From assembly GCF_006345805.1 (NCBI RefSeq), contig NW_021833606.1:1-57357 (forward strand): DNA of 57,357 nt, given 5' to 3'. The position numbers and the translations under genes are program-made. Source of the stretch: Octopus sinensis (taxonomy: Eukaryota). The notes beneath the pieces were generated by a model. That model did not search any database. It worked only from the letters and a program-made list of their open reading frames with translations, and had not been told where the DNA came from. This document shows positions 49,909 to 57,357 of this stretch, in pieces (position 1 is the first letter of the stretch; the number at the start of each line of letters is the position of its first letter).

Positions 49909-49987
49909 GCTATATTTTCTACTGCTTTTAAATAAAGTATATAAATTTAAATTTTAAATTTAAAAAATTTTTTTATTTTTTTAAATT

Positions 49988-50373
49988 TTTACTTGTTTCA
50001 GTCATTTGACTGCGGCCATGCTGAAGCACCGCCTTTAATCGAGCAACTCGGCCCCGGGACTTATTCTTTTGTAAGCCCAGTACTTATTCTATCGGTCTCT
50101 TTTGCCGAACCGCTAAGTAACGGGAACATAAACACACCAGAATCGGTTGTCAAGCAATGCTAGGGGGACAAACACAGACACACAAACACACACACATACA
50201 CATATATATATACATATATACGACAGGCTTCTTTCAGTTTCCGTCTACCAAATTCACTCACAAGGCATTGGTTGGCCCGGGGCTATAGCAGAAGACAATT
50301 GCCCAAGATGCCACGCAGTAGGATTGAACCCGGAACCATGTGGTTGGTTAGCAAGCTACTTACCACACAGCCA
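49988..50373 (-). mobile_element. Group D SINE
   Basis: Match to group D consensus. Confidence 0.9.
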
Positions 50374-50525
50374 CGTATATGTTGATCTTTCTCGTTGCTC
50401 TGACATAGCAACCAAGTTTGTGGAGATACCTGCCAGTTGTTCTGGGACTCAGATCAACTTGTTGTTCTGCAATGTCAGAGGCCTTGCAATGAGGATTATC
50501 TACCATACTTCTATATGCACACACA

Positions 50526-50627
<102 letters not shown>

Positions 50628-50633
50628 CCTATC

Positions 50634-50810
50634 TTTTTATTTTATATTTTATTTATTTATTGTTTTGTTCTTTTTCCCCTTTTACGATCCCTCTTGATCG
50701 AAAACCTACGCCACACTTTTTTTTTTTTCATCCCCCAAAAGGAAAGCTCTACCTTGTAAATTGTCCCATCTGTGTGCAGCCCTGTGTGGCCAATAAAGAA
50801 GCCCGTCGTA

Positions 50811-50866
<56 letters not shown>

Positions 50867-51090
50867 AATGTGTGTGTGGTGTGTGGTGTGTGTGTGTCTG
50901 TGTTTGTCCCCCTAGCATTGCTTGACAACCGATGCGGGTGTGTTTACGTCCCCGTCACTTAGCGGTTCGGCAAAAAGAGACCGATAGAATAAGTACTGGG
51001 CTTACAAAGAATAAGTCCCGGGGTCGATTTGTTCGACTAAAGGCGGTGCTCCAGCATGGCCGCAGTCAAATGACTGAAACGAGTAAAAGA
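50634..51090 (+). mobile_element. TATC-associated 3'-end fragment fused to the 3' half of a group D SINE
   Basis: Junction CAATAAAGAA|GCCCGTCG uses AAAGAA, which both repeats share. Confidence 0.75.
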
Positions 51091-51214
51091 GTATGTGAAT
51101 ACACGTACACAAGTACATGTACAGTTGGTAAACAATTATTCGTGTGTTACAATATACAGACACACTTATTTTATATATTAGAAATACATTATTAATATAA
51201 TAATAATATATCGG

Positions 51215-52320
51215 GCAAAACGCTTAGCGGTATTTCGTCTGTCTTTACGTCCTGAGTTCAAATTCCACCGAGGTCGACTTTGCCTTTCATCCTTTCGGGG
51301 TCGATTAAATAAGTGCCAGTTACGCACTGGAGTCGATATAATCGACTTAATCCCTTTGTCTGTCCTTGTTTGTCCTCTCTGTGTTTAGCCCCTTGTGGAT
51401 AGTAAAGAAATAGGCATTTCGTCTGTCTTTACGTCCTGAGTTCAAATTCCACCGAGGTCGACTTTGCCTTTCATCCTTTCGGGGTCGATTAAATAAGTGC
51501 CAGTTATGCACTGATGTCGATATAATCGACTTAATCCCTTTGTCTGTCCTTGTTTGTCCTCTCTGTGTTTAGCCCCTTGTGGATAGTAAAGAAATAGGCA
51601 TTTCGTCTTCTGTCTTACGTCCTGAGTTCAAATTCCACCGAGGTCGACTTTGCCTTTCATCCTTTCGGGGTCGATTAATAAGTGCCAGTTATGCACTGAA
51701 GTCGATATAATCGACTTAATCCCTTTGTCCTGTCCTGTTTTTTTGTCCTCTCTGTGTTTAGCCCCTTGTGGATAGTAAAGAAATAGGCATTTCGTCTGTC
51801 TTACGTCCTGAGTTCAAATTCCACCGAGGTCGACGTGCCTTTCATCCTTTCGGGGTCGTTAAATAAGTGCCAGTTATGCACTGAAGTCGATATAATCGAC
51901 TTAATCCCTTTGTCTGTCCTTGTTTGTCCTCTCTGTGTTTAGCCCCTTGTGGATAGTAAAGAAATAGGCATTTCGTCTGTCTTTACGTCCTGAGTTCAAA
52001 TTCCACCGAGGTCGACTTTGCCTTTCATCCTTTCGGGGTCGATTAAATAAGTGCCAGTTACGCACTGGAGTCGATATAATCGACTTAATCCCTTTGTCTG
52101 TCCTTGTTTGTCCTCTCTGTGTTTTGCCCCTTGTGGGTAGTAAAGAAATAGGTATTTCGTCTGTCTTTACGTTCTGAGTTCAAATTCTGCAGAGGTCGAC
52201 TTTGGTTTTCTTCGTTTCGGGGTCAATAAATTAAGTACCAGTTGCGTACTGGGGTGGCTCTAATCGACTGGCTCCCTCCCCAAAAATGTCGGGCCTTGTG
52301 CCTAGAGAAGAAAAGAATAT
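51215..52320 (+). repeat. Tandem array of group C SINE units (five of about 184 bp plus one unit with the C' tail)
   Basis: Units join at GAAATAGG(C/T)ATTTCGTCT near 51416, 51600, 51790, 51970 and 52154. Confidence 0.92.
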
Positions 52321-52726
52321 AATAATTATATTAATATTTATATAATTTATATGCATTTATTTTATAGAACATCATAGACTCATAACAACCAGTTAAATTT
52401 ATCGAACGGTTTTATGTTCATAACATTCTTACAACAATGTGACCCAGTCACACTCTTCCATCTACCACTATCCTTTGATTGCTAATTTACCCCCACCAAT
52501 TCTGAAACCTCATTAGCATGAAACCGTGCTGTTACATTAATTGGTTGTTATTAGATTATACTATGATATATATCCTATTATTATACAATTAATTATGATG
52601 ATGCAAATATCTATGTATACATATACACATATATATGTGTGTATGTATATATGCATGAATGTAAAAGCATATCCGAATGCATGCAAGCAAGTATGTATAC
52701 ATATACATGCATTACATGCATATCTA

Positions 52727-52846
<120 letters not shown>

Positions 52847-53208
52847 CATATATATAATATATATATATATATAGACATTATATATATATATATATATTAT
52901 ATATATATATATATATATAAATTTAAACACCAAGGATATCCAGAGGTAACACAGTACGATCGTTTCATGCCACTCTCCACTCCATTTAACTGAACAATGT
53001 ATTCATTACATAAATTTAAAATGCAGAGCAATCTTCAGCTGCACACGGACATAGAATTTAATTAAATTAGAACAGATGGACACATTAGTATAATTATGCC
53101 TAAAATCTCCAAGAAGTTAAGGAGTTAGTCTTAGAGCGCGCAATGTTCATGCAGGTTAGCAGTTGCCTATCTCCTTAACTTCTTGGAGATTTTAGGTTTA
53201 ATTTAATT

Positions 53209-53640
53209 AGGAGTGGCTGTGTGGTAAGTAGCTTGCTAACCAGCCACATGGTTCCGGGTTCAGTCCCACTGCGTGGCATCTTGGGCAAGTGTCTTCTGCT
53301 ATAGCCCCGGGCCGACCAATTCCTTGTGAGTGGATTTGGTAGACGGAAACTGAAAGAAGCTTGTCGTATGTATATATATATATTATATATATATATATAT
53401 AATATTGGTATGTATGTGTGTGTATGTGTTTGTGTTTGTGTGTTTGTCCCCCTAGCATTGCTTGACAACCGATGCTGGTGTGTTTACGTCCCCGTCACGT
53501 AGCGGTTCGGCAAAAAGACCGGCGATAGAATAAGTACTGGGCTGGGCTTACAAAGATAAGTCCCGGGGTCGATTTGGTCGACTAAGGCGGTGTTCCAGCA
53601 TGGCCGCAGTCAAATGACTGAAACAAGTAAAAGAATAAAA
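53209..53640 (+). mobile_element. Group D SINE
   Basis: Match to group D consensus. Confidence 0.9.
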
Positions 53641-53761
53641 TAGAAAGAGAGTATTGCTAGCTAAACAGTTTTTAATGCTATATCAGTATATATCTATAAG
53701 TTTTAGCAAAACTTTGTATCTATACACAGATAAAAACATCTGCTTATATAATCCACACTTT

Positions 53762-54270
53762 GTGAAGGCGCATGGCTCAGTGGTTAGAGCGTCGAGCTTA
53801 CGATCGTGAGGTTGTGAGCTCAAATCCCGGAACGGGCTACGTGTTGTGTTCTTGAGCAAGACACTTTATTTCACGTTGCTCAAGTTCACTCAGCTGTAGA
53901 AACGAGTTGCAACGTCACAGGTGCCAAGCTGTATCGGCCCCTTCGCCTTTCCCTTGGATGACATCAGTGATGTGGAGAAGGGAGGCCGGTATGCATGGGC
54001 GACTGCTGGTTTTCCATAAACAACCTTGCTCGGACTTGTGCCTAGGAGGGTAACTTTCTGGGTGCAATCCCATGGTCTGTGTCAAACCGATGCTGGTGTG
54101 TTTATGTCCCCGTTACTTAGCGGTTCGGCAAAGAGCCCGATTGAATAAGTACTGGGCTTACAAAAGAATAAGTCCCGGGTCGAGTTGCTCGATTTAAGGC
54201 GGTGCTCCAGCATGGCCGCAGTCAAATGACTGAAACAAGTAAAAGAGTAAAAGAGTAAAGAGTAAAGAGA
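53762..54270 (+). mobile_element. Group E SINE followed directly by a group D tail
   Basis: tRNA head TGGCTCAGTGG, CORE-like TTCTTGAGCAAGACACT; the D tail starts at about 54085. Confidence 0.82.
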
Positions 54271-54450
54271 GCAGACATTATCCTCACTTAAGCGCACATG
54301 CTTGTGCACCCACACTTTAGACTGAACACAGTTGTTCCCATCACCACTCTTGTTACCGGTCACTTCCTTCCGGTCTATTCAACATGTGCAATCGTTAATC
54401 CTGACATGTTTTTCTTTTTCCTCTCTCCATCTGTTTTCTCTTTTCCTTCC

Positions 54451-54485
54451 TTTCTGTAAAAGAGCGTAGGCTCGAAACACCAAAG
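54451..54485 (+). ncRNA. Decayed hammerhead-like motif
   Basis: ttt-CTGTAAA-a-gagc.GTAG.gctc-GAAA-cacc-aaa; core and helix III mutated. Confidence 0.3.
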
Positions 54486-54551
54486 ACTCTTCCATTTTCC
54501 ATTATGTAAAATAGAGGAATTTGTCAGTAAATATTTGTGACAATTAGTTGG

Positions 54552-54626
54552 TTGTCATAATAAAACTCAGAGTTTCGGATGCCGGGGCTGAAGTCTGCTC
54601 CGGCATCTCATCAGTTATTAAGACAA
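54552..54626 (-). ncRNA. Type-I hammerhead ribozyme, intact core
   Basis: ttgtc.t.taataa-CTGATGA-gatgccgg...ccggcatc.c-GAAA-ctctgag-TT-ttatta.t.gacaa; helix I 6+5 bp, helix II 8 bp or more. Confidence 0.8.
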
Positions 54627-54717
54627 AAACCGCCATGAAAAAAAAACCGTTGACTAAAGGAAAATTACTCCTGTAGGGCATGGGGAAAGTAACACTTCAT
54701 TTATAGAATCCGCACAT

Positions 54718-54755
<38 letters not shown>

Positions 54756-56092
54756 ACACACACAACACACCACACACACACACGTATGCACACACACAGA
54801 CACACACACACCACACACACACACACACACACCACGTATGCAACACCACACAACACACCACACACACACAGACACACACCACACACACACACACACACGT
54901 ATGCACACACACAGACACATACACGTATGCACACACACACACACATGTATGTATATACATCTGTATACATACTCACACACGCGTGTACATATACATACAA
55001 CACACATATATGCATATATATATATATGTAGCATACACGCGCATAAATACTTATGCACGCATCACTACGTTCATATACACACCTCTACACGCACACACAC
55101 ATACATACGCGGATAAACAAAACGTAGTTTATACGCACATGCATATACATACGCGGATAGACGTATATACAAATAAAAACACATACGCAAAAACTAATTG
55201 TCACAAGTAAGGTGTTTATAAGACATTTAAGAAACACACAAAAACCGTTAGATTCACTTCAACATTTAAATTTAATTTTCCAAAATATTTTCGTCGCTTT
55301 CAGACCGAGACCTGTTCACTGACAAAACTCCGTGCTACATCTGAGAAGGTAACAGTTAGTTCAAGATATGTATGCATGTGTGTGTGTATGTATGTATGTA
55401 TGTATGTATGTATGTATGTATGTATGTATGTATGTATGTATGCATGTATCATGTATGGATGGTTGATGTGTGTATGTATGTATGTATGTGTGTATGTATG
55501 TATGTATGTATGTATGTATGTATGTATGTATGTATGTGCGTATGTATGTATGTATGTATGTATGTATAGTATGTATGTATGTATGTATGTATGTATGTAT
55601 GTATGTGTGTATGTATGTATGTATGTATTAGGTTGTGTATGTATGTATGTATTGTATTATGTATGTATTATGTGTTGTATGTAGTATGTATGTATGGTTG
55701 CATGTATGTATGTGCGTATGTATGTATGTGTGTACATGTATGTGCGTATGCATATGTGTACATGCGTATGCATGTGTGCAGGCCTATACTCATGTATGTA
55801 TGTATGTATGCATGTATGTATGTACGTATGTACTTATGTATATATGTGAATATTTAGGTGTGTAGACGTGTCTGTGTGTGTACATGTGTATGAATATGTG
55901 AACGTATGTTTATGTACTGATATGTGTCTGTTCAAGTTATATACATGACTGTAACTTTGTCGAATGTTCTTAAATGGCTTATAAACACATTCCACGCTGC
56001 AATTGTTTTCGTTCCAGCACACGATCTCAGAACAGGTCACTTGCTATGCAAGTACATCTCCGTAATTGTCACATATTACACACACACAGAGA

Positions 56093-56170
<78 letters not shown>

Positions 56171-56291
56171 CAAGATAAGGGCAGAAGAAAATTCTAATGC
56201 CAAATATGCCGAAACAAAAAATTGTCGATAACCATTATAATTTTTGCGTCTCGAAACAAACCGATAGAAATCTCTAAAAAATTCGTTATTA

Positions 56292-56346
56292 CCGTATTGG
56301 TCCAATTTCGGGGTTAATTCACAAGAAATTTTCCCCTCTTCAGCGG
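56292..56346 (-). ncRNA. Hammerhead ribozyme in the left foldback arm
   Basis: ccg-CTGAAGA-gggg...cccc-GAAA-ttggaccaa-TA-cgg; ATTGG-A-CCAAT palindrome. Confidence 0.72.
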
Positions 56347-56662
56347 AAAATATACGAGATATAAATGAAATACTAACTCATACCCATGGAAAAAGCAAGC
56401 ACTAAGTCCTGAGCAGACTTAAGTACCCCAAATATATCCAAAATAGAAAAAAAAATTATCCTCTATTAATTATAAATAGATTAGTGTTCATTTCCGGATT
56501 CTATCACTCTGTGAAAGTTTCTAGTTCGAATCACACTTGCCTCGAGGTGCGCCAAAGATTTTTCTATTTTGGATATATTTGGGGTACTTAAGTCTGCTCA
56601 GGACTTGGTGCTTGCTTTTTCCATGGGTATGAGTAAGTATTTCATTTATATCTCGTATATTT

Positions 56663-56722
56663 GCCGCTGAAGAGGGGAAAATTTCTTATGAATTAACCCC
56701 GAAATGGGACCAATACGGTAAT
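56663..56722 (+). ncRNA. Hammerhead ribozyme in the right foldback arm
   Basis: gccg-CTGAAGA-gggg...cccc-GAAA-tgggaccaa-TA-cggt; one helix III substitution at 56706. Confidence 0.68.
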
Positions 56723-56944
56723 AACGAATTTTTTAGAGATTTCTATCGGTTTGTTTCGAGACGCATAAATTATAATGGTTATCGACAATTTTTTTCTTCG
56801 GCGTATCTGGCATTAGAATTTTTCTTCTTCCCTTATCTTGCAAATTATGTATAAATTTTACCTTTAAAGGCATTTATTGATATGCTGGCCTTGATAAAAT
56901 TTTTTTCCCGAAAATTTTTATCCTATATTAATTATATATTATAT

Positions 56945-56995
<51 letters not shown>

Positions 56996-57130
56996 ATATA
57001 TTTTATATTATATTGAGGGTACTACTATTCGTAGATACCAACACGCTAAGAGGGACCTATGCGGTCAAAACTACTAAAATAAACAAAATTTTACCGAATG
57101 CAAAACTTCAAAACACATCATTTTAAAAAA

Positions 57131-57207
57131 GAATTCAGTTACATATCACATGTGATTTCGCATTTAATGCAGAATATGCATTTCATGTTCGTCAGTGCAA
57201 CAAACTC
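57131..57207 (-). ncRNA. Type-I hammerhead ribozyme motif
   Basis: gttgca-CTGACGA-acatgaaatgca.tattc.tgcattaaatgc-GAAA-tcacatgtga-TA-tgtaac; 12-nt palindrome ATCACATGTGAT; helix II closing pair is A.C. Confidence 0.7.
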
Positions 57208-57357
57208 AAGAAATATAAGAAAAAACATAACATTACAAAAACTCGATAGCCAACCGTAGAATTCGTCGTCGTAGCTTGTACGAAGGTTTATCTTTACATA
57301 TCTATGAAAATGGCGGGCTTCTTCGCAATGCATTTCGGTAACAAATTGCCTAGTCGG

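Larger units (their letters stand above)
56171..56840. mobile_element. 670-bp foldback element: two inverted arms of about 281 bp around a 107-bp spacer
   Basis: Arms 56171-56451 and 56559-56840 differ by about ten substitutions; CAAG...CTTG termini; no clean TSD. Confidence 0.88.

Noticed and set aside
51215-52320. Retrozyme-type array (ribozyme-driven multimers)
   Set aside because: No hammerhead core found on either strand of the unit by eye; other ribozyme classes were not excluded computationally.
55270-55345. Hammerhead-like gtc...gac-GAAA-atat-t on the minus strand
   Set aside because: The position of CUGANGA reads GTGAACAG and helix I is poor.
56490-56556. tRNA-like piece in the foldback spacer (GTTCGAATC...CCA)
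   Set aside because: Only a B-box-like 9-mer; no D arm or acceptor pairing.

Overview
AT-rich eukaryotic genomic DNA that is almost entirely repeats. The SINE families, compound microsatellites and retroelement types suggest a cephalopod, probably Octopus (inferred, not verified). No complete host gene is visible, and nearly all ORFs in the supplied track are translations of microsatellites or repeats. The window holds: (i) five tRNA-derived SINE groups in over 35 copies, including head-to-tail multimers; (ii) decayed non-LTR retrotransposons (three R4/Dong-type, one HERO-type, two Tx1/L1-type, several RTE-type, one CR1/Jockey-like RT, one Penelope remnant); (iii) DNA transposons (one near-full-length mariner plus derivatives, Merlin-like and hAT-like MITEs, two Helitron-like elements); (iv) many micro- and minisatellites. 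The main hidden signal is about nine minimal type-I hammerhead ribozyme motifs. Eight lie in the last 12.3 kb, the eight with an intact helix III have a palindromic one (dimer type), and two sit as an inverted pair in the arms of a 670-bp foldback. Other highlights: an R4/Dong lineage embedded in (TACA)n, a SINE trimer bounded by one 15-bp TSD whose tail matches Tx1 3' ends, and two phase-compatible minus-strand candidate exons 12 kb apart. All assignments were made by eye with no database searches. SINE group labels A-E are mine.
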